This document shows positions 31,301-46,429 of a stretch of 64,000 bases of DNA, one piece after another. Position 1 is the stretch's first letter; each line of letters begins with the position of its first letter. The stretch is from NCBI GenBank assembly GCA_964016885.1, contig OZ024745.1, positions 53,568,001 through 53,632,000 on the forward strand. The letters run 5' to 3'. This stretch comes from Eledone cirrhosa. Taxonomy: Eukaryota. A program made the translations under genes and the position numbers. Below the pieces are notes generated by a model. It worked only from the letters and a program-made list of their open reading frames with translations. It was not told the DNA's origin and did not search any database.

Positions 31301-34300
31301 CTAAAGTCCAACCCCTCCTCAACGTGGCAGGGCGGTGGCAACGGGTAGTGTCAGAGCTATGCCATCGGGAACTTCGGTTCCTGGTAGGGCCACCCAAGGC
31401 GGATTGATCTGGCACCCACCGGTATTAGGGCCGCAACCCGGCAAAAGGGGCTCTGGTGAAAATCCAAAATGTGTCTGCTCCGGTAACCGGCGGCTTCGGG
31501 TCGTTTCTGTCTCTGCGTCTGTGAAGAATCTGCGGAAAACAGGACGTTTTTTTCCTCTCATTCGGGATATACATGCGGTTTTGGGGGGAGACTGCTTGTG
31601 AATTCCCTACTCCCATGACACTTCTTCCATGAATCCTACAAATACGAACTATGAATACGAATTGCCTTCCCTCTACGAACGCAATGCAAAGCAACAGCGC
31701 TCCTACCACTATGGCTCTACAGACTACCCCCGCAGTAGTCCCGCTCTTCAGACGAAGGAAGGAATTGAGGGTGGCGTGCTGGAACGTCCGAACACTTCGT
31801 GACGACGGGGTCCAGGCAATTACAATGAAGGCTCTGCACAGGTACTGCGTTAGTGTCACTTGCCTTTCAGAAGTTCGACTTTCCGATGTTAGTCATCTTC
31901 CAATGAAAGTTCCTGGCGAGGACATCTCCTTCCATTTGTACCATAGTGACGTGACTGACAACAGTGGCCTTCGCGGGGTCGCTGTAGCGCTCAGCCCCGA
32001 CGCGCAAGCGGCTCTGCTCGCGTGGCAGCCGATCTCACACCGACTCGCGCTGGTTCGATTGAAGGGTCAAATCTCCAACGTCAGCGTAATTGCCGTCTAC
32101 GCTGCCACACTCAATGCGGACGAGGCGGACAAGACGCAGTTCTATGATCTCCAAACAACAGTGGATAGCGTCCCCTCCAGTGATGTTCTCATTGTCGCTG
32201 GGGACTGCAATGCGCGGACGGGGCCGGCTGATGATACAACACGGCATATTTTAGGACGCTTCGCCCTAGGCGTACGCTGTGACAATGGTGAACAGCTCGT
32301 GTCCTTCGCGGATGCCAATCATCTTATCGTCACCAACACCCGGTTCCAACATCCTCGGCGTCACCTCGTCACGTGGCGATCCAATGACGGAAGAACGGCC
32401 AATCAGATTGACTACATCCTGGTCAGATAACGGTGGGTCAGCTCAGTGATGGACTCGCGTGCGTATCAGGGGGGGGGGCTGTTACGGGCAGTGAGCATGG
32501 GTCAGACCATACTCTTGTTCGAGCAACCCTTCGTCTGCAGCTGCGGGCGAAATCTCCTCCCAACCGCCAGAAAAGGATCGATATCTCGCGACTCAAGCTC
32601 GATGCGGAAAATGCTTTCCGGCTAGAGCTGCGAAACCGATTCCAAATGCTGAGTAACGAAGTAGAACAGCAATCGGAGCAGGAGTGGAACGCGCTCAGGG
32701 CGGCGACGGTTGAGGTGGCCAGGGAGCATCTCGAGTCGACCCAAAGACGCCATCGGGACTGGATCTCCAGCGGCACTCTTGAACTCGCGGAGAGGGCGAG
32801 AGTGGACCGACTCGAGGGTGCACCCAATCTTCGAGATCTCCGACGTCGCACATCTCGGGCTATTCGGGCCGATCGGAATGCACACTGGCGCGAGTTTGCG
32901 GAGCAGACGGAGAGGGAAGCAGCCTGTGGTGACTCGCGCAAGCTCTACCAACTGGTGAAGTGGGCCAGCCGAAGCAGTACGGGTATCAGCGAGACGATCC
33001 GTGATCGGAACGGGGCGGTCATTACCAATCTTAATGACCGGCTAGTCCAATGGCGGGACCATTTCTCCGAACTGCTCAACCACCCGCCACCGCCCACGCC
33101 AACCTACGTGCAGCCTTCCGGAGAAGAATACGGATGCAGCACTTCCCATCCAACGGTCGAAGAGGTACGTGGTGTCCTGACACATCTCCGGAACAACAAG
33201 GCGCCAGGCGAAGATGGAGTTCCAGCAGAGGTCTACAAGGCCGAGCCTGATGTATTCGCAGCTTGGCTCCATCGAGTCTTCTCCTCGGTGTGGGTGACGG
33301 AGCGGTTCCCTGGTGACTGGAGCGAGGCAACTCTCCTACCCTTCTTCAAAAAAGGCGACAGGAAACTGTGTTCCAACTACAGGGGTATCAGTTTAATTGA
33401 CGTTTCTGCCAAGACCTTCGCAATACTTCTGCTGAAGATGTTTCAGGCCATCCGTGATGTCCGTACCCGTCCTTCTCAGGGCGGCTTCCGTCCGGGGAGG
33501 GGTGCGTTGATCAAATCTTCATGCTCCGGCGTGTCCTGGAACAACGGTGGGCACATCAACAGCCTACTGTCCTCTGCTTCATCGACTTTGCAGCTGCCTT
33601 CGACTCGGTAGGTCGGGAAGCCCTATGGCGTATAATGCAGGTGGACGGCATTCCAGTGAAGCTGCTTCGTCTCATACAAGGCTACTACCGGTCGATTCGG
33701 GCTCGAGTGAGGGTCTATGGTGGTGAGACGGAGTCGTTCGATGTTGGGACCAGTGTTCGGCAGGGGTGTGCGCTATTGCCAACTCTCTTTAACTACGCCA
33801 TTGACTACACTCTCAACACAGCACTCCGGGATTACCCGGGCGTAGAGGTCGGGAGAGGAGTCGTGGTGACGGACCTGGCCTACGCGGATGACATCGTGCT
33901 GATGGGCGCTAACGGGACAGATGTACAAGGTGCTCTCGAAAGGGTGCACACTGCAGCCGCCGCTGTTGGTCTACGAATCAATGCCGCCAAGTCGAAAGTC
34001 ATGACGTCACTGGTCTCGCCTGATGCCTGGCAGCCAATATCTCTCGAGGGCGTGGATCTGGAGGATGTGGAGTCCTTCATTTACCTGGGCTCAACAGTGG
34101 TTCCATCGGGACAGGGCGCAGCCGAGGTTAAACGTCGCATAGGTGCTGCCATATCCGCTTTTGGGCGCCTCCAGCGGTGTCTGTGGGACGGAAGAGAGAT
34201 AATCTTGGCGACCAAAGGACGAATCTACCAGGCCGTCGTTCGTACTATCCTCCTCTATGGCTGCGAAACATGGCCTATGAGGGTAGTCGATCAACGGGGG

Positions 34301-34738
34301 CTGGAGGTCTTCGACAATGACTGTCTCCGCCGCATTCTTTGTTTACCTACCACCAGTCTTCGTCTTCGCCTGAATCTTCGACCCCTTCCTTCAGTGCTTC
34401 TGCAACGGCGCTTGAGATGGTTTGGTCACGCGGCCCGGTGCCCTGAGGGTGAGCTGATCCGCGATGTTCTCCTCCCACCTCCACACCCTAACTGGCGCAA
34501 GCGCGTTGGCGGGAAGCTGAGAACCTGGCCTACAACGATCAAGGAGGACCTCTCCGAACTCTCAGGTCCGCAGGTGGTCGGCCTGCGCCGATGGAACCGT
34601 GAATGGCTCGCTATCTGCAGTGACCTAGCCCGGGACCGTCGTGCGTGGGCTGCCATTGTTCGGGATGGCGTTAGGACAAGGGAAGAAGCCGGTTCAACCC
34701 GTCCAGGGTGAATGTCGACACAAGTACAAGTAAATACA
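31301..34738 (+). mobile_element. Near full-length RTE-clade LINE (APE endonuclease + reverse transcriptase)
   Basis: About 350-nt 5' leader, one originally continuous ORF and a short CAAGTA tandem tail. Candidate TSD ATTTAGTTGT (31291) / ATTTAGCTGT (34739). Confidence 0.95.
31651..34711 (+). pseudogene. RTE APE-RT polyprotein with one in-frame stop and two frameshifts
   Basis: WNVRTL, LSEVR, AGDCNAR, QIDYIL and SDH (APE); KAPGEDG, NYRGISL, FIDFAAAFDS, RQGC, YADD, YLGS and WFGH (RT). Stop at 32428; shifts at the G-run near 32470 and near 33500. Confidence 0.95.
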
Positions 34739-34879
34739 ATTTAGCTGTAGTGATTAGTTTAGCTCTTTGCACAGTAAAATAGTCAGAAAACTTCGATATG
34801 TGATAAACATAACATGTATATAAATTGTAGTGCATATCCAAATAGATGTATGTTTTGGTAGTTTTGGGAGATAAATATA

Positions 34880-36285
34880 CAACCAAACTCTGCTCCTCTC
34901 TATATCTATCACAAAAACCTCTCTTTTAATACCCCTCTCTGTCTACTGAAACAAAACTCTCCCCCTCTCTATACTTACCACGACACCGACTCACTTAACT
35001 TATACCCTTCTCTATATCAACACTAATACACTCATCCCTCTCTATAAATATCTACACTTATTTCTCCCAATACCCTTCTTTATATCAATCACCCCTAAAC
35101 TCTCCCCCTCTCTATATCTACTACACGGCACTTTCCCACGATTCCTCTCTATATATCTACAACCCCTAAATTCTCCCCCTCTCTATATCTATCATACAAA
35201 ACACTCTCCCAATCTCCCTCTTTATATCTTTATATCTTTTACAACAATCCCTCATCCAGTCCCAGTCTATATATTTAGCAATATTTATCTCTCCCAACGG
35301 CCTCATTATATCTACAAGCATTGAAACGACTACTGTTGCGGGTGGGGCCAATCCGGTTGACCACCGAGAACATTGTCACGATCAAACCGCCTCCCCCTTT
35401 CAAAAACGAAGGAGAGGCGGTTTTATCTGTGTGATAGCTATGGCGAAAGAAGTTGTATGGTGGACAAGGTTGAAAGGGCTGAGGTCAGACACCTTACTCT
35501 CCGGCCAACAACTGGTCTTTTTTTTCAAGTACCACTTTAGAAGAAGGATCAGAATGGAGAGAGAGGTGCTCTACCCCAGCAAGTTTTATGAAAGATGGGT
35601 GAAAGTAGCGAGAATGGCCCGAGTGAATGGGCCTTCTCTCTATATCAGCCTGTAGGTGAGAGAGGAGAAGAATGAGAAGAGGAAGGAAGCACCCGCTCTT
35701 TGTGCTCCTGAAGAGGAGGGTTGCACATTTTTTCGGAGGTGTGTGCGACCCATGTCAACGCCCCTCCCTATTGAGGACATCGATTGTTAAATTTAATTTG
35801 TTATATGTTTTTTACACGTCTTTTTAAATGTATGTAAACTCCCCCCTTTGTATTTGTCCCAATCTTTGATGCCCTGGTGGCAAATAAATAGAAATATATA
35901 TCTACCATACAACACTCTCTCTCATTCCCTCTCACTCTATCCATCACTACCAAACTCTCCCCCTCTCTATATCTATCAATACCTATCTCTATCAATACTC
36001 TCCCTCTATTCATTACCACCAAACACTACCCCCTCTCTACTTCAGCAATACAACACTCTCTCCCAATACCACTCTCTATATCAATTAACGTCAAACTCTC
36101 CCCCTCGCTATATCTACTACACGAAACTCTCTTCAAATCCCTCTCTCTACATCAGCAAACATCAATCTCTCCCCCTCGATATATCAAATATACAACACAC
36201 TCTCCCAACCTTCCTCCCTATATCAATTACTCCCCCCCCCCTCACTCTATATCTACATCCATCTTTCCCATCTATCTCTACATAA
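34880..36285. repeat. Degenerate pyrimidine-rich tandem repeat (CTCTCCCCCTCTCTATATCT-like)
   Basis: The motif recurs on both sides of an inserted LINE fragment. Confidence 0.7.
35320..35895 (+). mobile_element. 5'-truncated LINE 3' end, L1/Tx1-like
   Basis: AKEVVWWTR...FYERW resembles the Tx1/L1 ORF2 C-terminus, followed by a 3' UTR and AATAAA. Clade assignment is from memory. Confidence 0.5.
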
Positions 36286-36930
36286 CATGTTCATAAATTA
36301 TAGCGCATATACAAATTGAAGTGTTTTGGTGGTGGGTCCTACCTGATGTGTCTCACTGATCTCTGAGTTACGAACTCTATCGAGTTACGTTGCTCCAAAG
36401 ACCTTTCGGAAAAACCTATCCTAATTTTAATTAAAAAAATATTAAATTAATAAAAATTATTTTAGAGAAAAGATATTTTCATGTGAAAAGATATAACAAA
36501 TGTTTATGAATTTATATTAAAAGACACGTTATCTTACACAAAACTTTGGAATTCTTCGAAACTTTGGCGACTACTGTCCGTGATAAAATATATCTGACAT
36601 AAAGACTCGTGAGAGCATATTTGCCTCGGGTTATTCGGCTATTTTAAACGAACCATTCTTCTTTTAAATATTACGAACAAATTTTGGTGGGGTAAAACTG
36701 AGGCGGCATGGTCTGGTGGCATAAAAAGTATATGGCCGGCCAAAACTATAAACCAGAGGTTCTCAAACTTTTGTGGCAACCGACCCCCTATCGACCACGT
36801 CATACCCTCAACGCCCACCCCTATTTCCAAAGCAAATTACGCGCAAATTGTAAATAATATATAATAAATAAATAAAATCGTTAATTTATATATAAATAAT
36901 ATAATTAAAACTATATATAAATAAATATTA

Positions 36931-37039
36931 AATCCCGCCGAGGTTAACTTTGCCTTTCATCCTTACGGGGTCGATAAAATAAAGTACCAGTAATGCACTG
37001 GGTAATTGGTGGCCTTGTGCCTAAAGTAGAAACAATTAT
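36931..37039 (+). mobile_element. SINE family 2, 3' fragment
   Basis: AATCCCGCCGAGGTTAACTTTGCC...TAGAAACAATTAT. Confidence 0.8.
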
Positions 37040-37289
37040 ATATTTTTTATTTTGGTATATTTATATATAGTATGTATCATTTGATATTTAATATATCATC
37101 TCTATCTTCCACACCTCCTTAGACCCCAGCACTCCTGGACCTTCTCAAGCTGCACGGCGGTTGGGGGGGGGGGGGGGTGAAGCTGTATTTATTCCCTTAC
37201 AATCGTTTCGAATGAGATATGACACCTGCTTTCCTCCCGTAAACATTTTTCTTTGTTTACGCCTCTTCTGACACTCGCCTATCTTACTT

Positions 37290-37425
37290 TCTTCTATTTC
37301 TCATTATATTTCCTGATGAAGGACTAAAGTACGAAAAGTTGAGGGTGTTTTCCTCCTATATCAAGTGTTAATCTAATATGTATCACCATTGTACTGTACT
37401 GTTCTCCTATGTTGTTTTTACCCAG
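37290..37425 (+). mobile_element. Decayed HHR-bearing element (same family as 1071)
   Basis: CTGATGAAGGACTAAAGTACGAAA plus the shared downstream CTATATCAAG.GTTAA.CTAATA. Confidence 0.55.
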
Positions 37426-37625
37426 AGACCTTTGCATGTATATATATATACACATGTTGATAGATAAAAGGCTATGGGCGCGCTACGGAGAGATGTATAG
37501 TTTATAATGCGCCGAAACATCCGTGACCCATAGTAAACTACTGAAGAAGAGATACTGTCCATCTCTTGTTTGTGTCTCCTTCAAACACCCGTTATCAGTA
37601 ACCACTCAGCCCCCTCCTATCATCC

Positions 37626-37914
<289 letters not shown>

Positions 37915-37916
37915 AA

Positions 37917-38131
37917 GGCGTATGGCTGACTGGTTAGAGAATTGGATTCGCAATCGTAAGGTTGTGAGTTCGATTCCTGGGCCTGGCGATGCGTTATGTC
38001 CTTGAGCAAGACACTTTATTTCACGTTGCTCCTTCTACCTGGAGTTGCGACCGATAGATAGTATTAGCAATTGGAAAGACCAACGGAAACATTGTTCCCT
38101 CGGTCCGATTTGACGAAAGTTGATCGTTCCT
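37917..38131 (+). mobile_element. tRNA-derived SINE family 1
   Basis: Near-identical to 3184-3398, with (TA)n on both sides. Confidence 0.85.
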
Positions 38132-38325
38132 TCTATATATATATATATGCATTCGGTATACAAGTAGAGTGTCAGCCAACCACACCTCTGCGTCTGCGCA
38201 GAGCTGTTGGAAGGTTCTCAAAGTTAGAAGGTAGCCGGACATCCAAAGCAAAAACATACATTAATTTTGAATCCGCTCCCTTCCACCCATAATCACCTCA
38301 GAAATGTTACCTATTGCTCAATTTT

Positions 38326-38376
38326 GCCGTCTGAAGAAATCACAATATCTGTCGTCATGGAAATATGTATAACGGC
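38326..38376 (+). ncRNA. Type I hammerhead ribozyme, partly decayed
   Basis: GCCGT-CTGAAGA-(imperfect stem II)-GAAA-TATGTA-TA-ACGGC, then AATAAA and (TA)n. Confidence 0.6.
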
Positions 38377-38422
38377 TTAATTAATAAAAAAAACTCTAGC
38401 ATCTACAACTTCGTATTTTCCT

Positions 38423-38505
<83 letters not shown>

Positions 38506-38532
38506 TATATATATACATATATACATACGTAT

Positions 38533-38566
<34 letters not shown>

Positions 38567-38837
38567 CAACAACCATGAAAAACTATCTCTCTCGTCTTTG
38601 TCACATCCTCCTTCTTCTCTACTTCAACTTCACATGAATTCCTATAAAAACCTGAACATTCTGGTACGGTAAATATAATCTCTGATGATATGGAATCGAT
38701 TGTGCATTGGATGTCGAATGTTCTACTAACTATATAATATTATAGATGCAGCGAGATCTAGGCAAATAGATGTCTATTGAAACGTACGTTAGAACCGAAT
38801 AAATCTCTTTTACTGCATCTTTCTGTTCTTTTTGATT

Positions 38838-38874
<37 letters not shown>

Positions 38875-39154
38875 CAAATAACGAAACGAAATTAAATTTC
38901 GTTTCGTTTGTAACTCACTTTTGTATGACTGACGCTTAAACAATTAACTTAATTGTTTAAGCGTCAGTCATACAAAAGTGAGTTACAAACGAAACGAAAT
39001 TTAATTTCGTTTCGTTATTTGTTTTTATCGTCTCCGCTGAACCGGTGCGTACTCACACTCTATGCAGATTAGTCTGCCCACTACTAATTTTCATAGAAAA
39101 AGCATATAACGATATGTGCTTTTACAATTCTCCAGAGGGGCCGGTAGATAGGTA

Positions 39155-39199
39155 AATATTGCTGATGAGTTGTAACAACAACGAAACTAGTTCAATATT
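39155..39199 (+). ncRNA. Minimal type I hammerhead ribozyme, canonical
   Basis: AATATTG-CTGATGA-GTTG taacaa CAAC-GAAA-CTAG-TT-CAATATT. Predicted GUU cleavage after 39192. Confidence 0.9.
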
Positions 39200-39621
39200 C
39201 CTTGTCTGGCTTTCTGGAGAATAGGGGGAAGGTGTTCCCCCAAAAACCAGTATGACTCTAAAAACCGGTTTGTCTGTGTGTTTACATACAGAATAGCTGG
39301 GCCGCTCACTGTAAAGCGACCAGTGAAAGACTTGGTACACCTACATATGTATACGTGTGTGTATTCATATACACACTAGTATTTCAGTATGCATATGTAG
39401 ATGTACATTTTTAACTTAATTGTTTAAGCGTCAGTCATACAAAAGTGAGTTACAAACGAAACGAAATTTAATTTCGTTTCGTTATTTGTTTTTATCGTCT
39501 CCGCTGAACCGGTGCGTACTCACACTCTATGCAGATTAGTCTGCCCACTACTAATTTTCATAGAAAAAGCATATAACGATATGTGTTTTTACAATTCTCC
39601 AGAGGGGCCGGTAGATAGGTA

Positions 39622-39666
39622 AATATTGCTGATGAGTTGTAACAACAACGAAACTAGTTCAATATT
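39622..39666 (+). ncRNA. Minimal type I hammerhead ribozyme, second copy
   Basis: Identical to 39155-39199. Confidence 0.9.
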
Positions 39667-39894
39667 CCTTGTCTGGCTTTCTGGAGAATAGGGGGAAGGT
39701 GTTCCCCCAAAAACCAGTATGACTCTAAAAACCGGTTTGTCTGTGTGTTTACATACAGAATAGCTGGGCCGCTCACTGTAAAGCGACCAGTGAAAGACTT
39801 GGTACACCTACATATGTATACGTGTGTGTATTCATATACACACTAGTATTTCAGTATGCATATGTAGATGTACATTTTTTTTTTTAACTTAATT

Positions 39895-39998
<104 letters not shown>

Positions 39999-40002
39999 GT
40001 GT

Positions 40003-40042
<40 letters not shown>

Positions 40043-40044
<2 letters not shown>

Positions 40045-40182
40045 CAAAGAAAGTGTGGTAAGAAACCAGATGGACCATAACGTACCAGAGTACTCGATAC
40101 TTAGGGTAGTAGAGTGGTTAATAGAAAAAGCGTCAGGACCCCGACGGCCGGACCTCAGCCGTTGGGGTCCTGACTCTTTTCC
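40043..40182 (-). mobile_element. Short fold-back insert (family F), related to 53551
   Basis: Arms 40124-40148 and 40158-40182. Shares GTGGTAAG.AACCAG.TGGACCATAACG...GTACTC.ATACTTAGGG with the 53.6 kb copy. Confidence 0.75.
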
Positions 40183-41407
40183 TCTCTCTCTCTCTATATA
40201 TATATTACTCTTTTACTCTTTTACCTGTTTCAGCCATCCGGCTGAGGCCATGCTGGGGCACCGCATGGTATATATATATATACCTGGTTTAAAATGCCCA
40301 ATACAGGTGCATATGTAATGACGGCATCTATGTGACTTAACCAAGTATTGAGGGTTCAAAGAACGAAAGAAATTCATCTTGGAATGCCCTAATCTAAAGT
40401 ATTTCAAGCCACATCTAGCCCAGTTTTCTTCAGCACTATATTCTACTTCCACTTTACATTCATTACCATATATCTAATAAAGTAATAAATATCTTCAGAC
40501 AACGAATCAACGAATGTCTAGTAATTTCCATTTCATTTCTCACTCCAAGAATTATTTTATTTGTTATTGATGAAAATATTTAAACACCTGGTTACACGAA
40601 TATCCTGACCACTTGGGGGTTGAATCATATATATGTAATATATGTAAGTATGTATGTATGTATGTGTGTATGTATGTATGTATGTGTGTATGTGTGTATG
40701 TATGTATGTATGTATGTATGTATGTATGTATGTATGTATGTATGTGTGTATGTATGTACGTATGTATGTAGGTAGATAGATAGATAGATAGGTAGGTAGG
40801 TAGGTAGGTAGGTAGGTAGGTAGGTAAGTAGGTGGTATGCATGTATATAGGTATATATATATATATATATATATATAACGTATGTATGTGTGTGTATGTA
40901 TGTATGTATGTATGCATATATATATATGAAAAATACATATATATAGATTTACACACACATATGTATATATCATATATGTGTGTGTGTGTGAGTGTGGATG
41001 TGTGTGTGTGTGTGGATGTTTATGTGGGTTGTAAGGGTGTCTGTGTATGTTATTGTGTGTTTGTGTGTGGGGGTGTTTATGTGTATCCACATATTTATTA
41101 ATCTATTTTACATCTCACTCTATTTTACTTTCTCACTTTATATATAACTGCACATATACAATATACACACAGATATATACACACACAAACACACATGTAA
41201 ACACACACAAAAACACACACTCAAACACCAACCAGAAAACGGACATAGATATTTGCGTCTGTGTCTCTGTATGTATATATAAATGTTTAGCTATATATAA
41301 AGTGAGAAAGGGAAACAGAGGAAAATGGAAGAGAAAGTTGAAATGAAAGATGGACATGTGATTGTATATATGTGTGTGTACGTGTGTGAGTGTGTGTATG
41401 TGCGCGC

Positions 41408-41481
<74 letters not shown>

Positions 41482-41538
41482 TTCTGCATCATTTCCTAGA
41501 GAGAGATACGTATAGTCACATACATATATATATATATA

Positions 41539-41595
<57 letters not shown>

Positions 41596-42117
41596 CATAC
41601 ATACAAACATACAAACATACATACATACACATACGTACATACATACATACATACATACATACATACATACATACATACATACACACATACATGCATACAT
41701 AGATACATACACTGGTACATATATCTAAAGAGAGAGAGATACGTATAGTGACATACTTATATACATACAAATATACAAACCTACATACATACATACGTAC
41801 ATACATACATACATACATACATACATACATACATACATACATACATACATACATACATACATACATACATACACAGTCTCTCTCTATTCAGTCAACTGAT
41901 CAAGTGTTTACGTTAAGTGTATTTCACTAGACGTTTAATTAACTCTTCGCGTCAATTTGCTACTAGTGTCTTCCACACATCCCCCCACATCTCCTTCTCT
42001 GTATATATATATATATATATATGTATATATGTGTGTGTGTGTGTGTGTGTGTTTATATATATATATATATATATTGTATGCATTGATATTCCTATATGCA
42101 TAATACAATATTATGTA

Positions 42118-42172
<55 letters not shown>

Positions 42173-42241
42173 CTATCTACCTATATTCTTTCTTTTGCTT
42201 TCTTTCTTCGTTTTGTCTATATGTTTCACCACCCACACTAC

Positions 42242-42346
<105 letters not shown>

Positions 42347-42350
42347 CAGC

Positions 42351-42389
<39 letters not shown>

Positions 42390-43010
42390 CCAACCACTAT
42401 ATTGCACGATTTTACTCTCGAAGTTTATTAATTACTTTTGAAGACTTCACCAATGTATTGAACATTTCAAGTATTAATGGAATCTTGTTCACATGTCTTG
42501 TATTTTCAGTATTTCGTCTTTAGTTGGTGATGGATATTTTCGGTTTGTTTTTTTTTTTTGTTTTAATCTGTCTGTGTGTGTGTGCTCTGTGTAGAGGGGG
42601 ATCATGTGATTATATCTATAACTTTTCGGGGTTAGAAAATGTTTGTGATATTTAGTTTTAGTTAATCACGGATCCGAACCTGTTAGTCTTATCTTTCCTT
42701 ACTATATTATTGTTTTCGTTAAGTTTTGAAAACAGGAACATAGTAATCTTTCGTGTCTGTTTTTTGATAAGTTTTGGTTTCAGGGTCATACGTATTTAAT
42801 CCTTAGTTTTCCGGTATTCATAGTTTTCCGGTATTCATAGTTTTTGTAGTATCAGACGAAATAGAAATACGACAAGTAAGTAATACTGTAACGAACACGA
42901 TGGCTGCCTGACAGCGAGTGGTGCATCCTGCAAGCTCATTAAAAACCCACATGCGCATGAATGTATATAGCTCCAGTTTACACACGGTTTTCTTCCTAAT
43001 GTCATTACTT

Positions 43011-43119
<109 letters not shown>

Positions 43120-43206
43120 GTATGGTTGCTAGGATGCGTCCATAAACAGTATGTCAGTTGAGCACTCTATGCTCCTTCGGAGCAGAGTATGGTAAAATGG
43201 AAAACA

Positions 43207-43731
43207 AAGAATCAGTGATGCATCGGAACACAATTTATTACATATTACAATTGTTTCTCCGGCGAACAGCTCGAGGTAGGATCTGTTTGTGGATCGAACC
43301 TGACTCTGGATTCGCAAGTTCCTCAGATACGTCTAGTGATTTCGAAGCAAATTCTCTTTTTGCTGGGCTCCGACTCTTCGACTCTTTATCATCTGCCTTC
43401 ATCCTGTTTGCGCGGCACTTAGACTGGTTGATAGTTCGTGACGTCATCATAGTGCTTGACCACTGAAATCTGCCCACTGGTCATCTCCATTCAGACATGA
43501 GCTGTCATTCACCCCAATCCCATCGGAAACATTCATAAAATCTCTACTACACACAACAGTAATTTTGCCGATGGGCAGAAAGGGAATTTGCTTCGAAATC
43601 ATTAGACGTATCTGAGGAACTTGCGAATGCAGTGTCAGGTTCGATCCACAAATAGGTCGCACCTCGAGCTGTACGCCGGATAAACAATTGTAATGCGTAA
43701 TAAATTGTGTTCCGATGCATCACTGATTCTT
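43207..43731. repeat. Inverted repeat with arms of about 155 bp and a spacer of about 210 bp
   Basis: 43207-43362 is the diverged reverse complement of 43576-43731. Confidence 0.85.
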
Positions 43732-43854
43732 ACTTTATTCTTAACTCTGAAGCCGAGAATCATTCGGTTTCCTAAATAGAATTTTAGTCTACGACTTCAG
43801 TTATAGAGTTTACGTGGTTTTGTCTTTGCGTGTAATTGTTTTCACCGCACCTAA

Positions 43855-43941
43855 TAATTGTTTCTACCTTTGGCACAAGGCCAGCAATTACCCAGTACAT
43901 TACTGGTACTTTATTTTATCGACCCCGTAAGGATGAAAGGC
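43855..43941 (-). mobile_element. SINE family 2, 3' fragment
   Basis: Reverse complement of the family 2 3' end. Confidence 0.8.
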
Positions 43942-44067
43942 TATCATCGTTGTTTTCCCTTCTTTGCCAGGGAACGTTTCCACGACCCAAAGTAACGTCT
44001 TCCTGTCTTACATCGGTTGCAACGTTTTTTGAAATATTTACTTCTGCGTTCACAGATGGACTGTTTT

Positions 44068-44118
44068 AGTTTCAGAAGATCCCGTTAAGGGTGAAAGCAG
44101 CGATTCTTTGCTTAAACT
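44068..44118 (+). ncRNA. Type I hammerhead-like fold, variant core CAGAAGA (family A)
   Basis: AGTTT-CAGAAGA-T-CCC gttaa GGG-T-GAAA-GCAG cgattct TTGC-TT-AAACT, then AATAAA and (TA)n. Confidence 0.65.
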
Positions 44119-44148
44119 TTAATCTGTTATTTTAATAAATATATATAC

Positions 44149-44233
<85 letters not shown>

Positions 44234-44234
44234 C

Positions 44235-45120
<886 letters not shown>

Positions 45121-45127
<7 letters not shown>

Positions 45128-45742
45128 CAAATGGCGTGCTGCGTGGTTGCAAATGGGTTACATATGAATAAAATTAGTCCTTCATCAGTGATCTTCCAGC
45201 CTTCATTGGTATTTCATCGCTTTAAAGATCATATACCTCTGTTGGTGCGAGCAACGGCTAAAGAAAGTCGTTGGGACACGTAAAATAGGGTGAAACGAGC
45301 GAGACATGTAAACAAACAAAGATGGTAATGCAACGAAAAGTGAGGAAAAAGGAGTCAAGTCTCTGAAATCGATGAACTTAAGTTCTGTGAAATCGTAGAC
45401 GAGAGATAAAGACCATCCAACCTGGGTGAAATGGGAGCGAGAAAAGGATTTCACACAGGTCAAACGGGAGGAAGTGATGGAGAGGGAGTAGCAGAGATTG
45501 AGTGAGTGAAAGTGTGAGGAAGAGGCTAACTGAGAGAGTGACTGGCAGAGGGGGTAAAAAGAAAGTGAGAGATACAGAGAAAGGGGAAGCAGTAAGAAAG
45601 AAACAAACGGGTCACAGCGGAGAAAAATATATAAATATATGAAAAGATGGCGTGCTGCGTGGTTGCAAATGGGTTACATATGAATAAAATTAGTCCTTCG
45701 TCAGTGATCTTCCAGCCTTCATTGGTATTTCATCGCTTTAAA
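45121..45742. mobile_element. Partial tandem (about 1.2 units, period 516 bp) between (TA)n tracts
   Basis: A direct repeat of about 100 bp, ATGGCGTGCTGCG...CATCGCTTTAAA, at 45131 and 45647. Confidence 0.75.
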
Positions 45743-45747
45743 ATATA

Positions 45748-46340
<593 letters not shown>

Positions 46341-46429
46341 CCAGATATTGATTATAGGGCCTCCCGGCAGATAACCCCCTTTACCCACTTCCTTGGAGTA
46401 GACTGAAGCACTGCAGTGCAATGCAACAA

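Noticed and set aside
32438-34656. Antisense and alternate-frame ORFs within the RTE LINE
   Set aside because: Expected shadow ORFs of GC-rich coding sequence.
36754-36790. CAGAGGTTCTCAAAC, a hAT-like TIR
   Set aside because: No matching right TIR or TSD found, so no element could be delimited.
38680-38725. CTGATGA as a hammerhead core (also 60493 and 37541)
   Set aside because: No properly placed GAAA and stems could be found.
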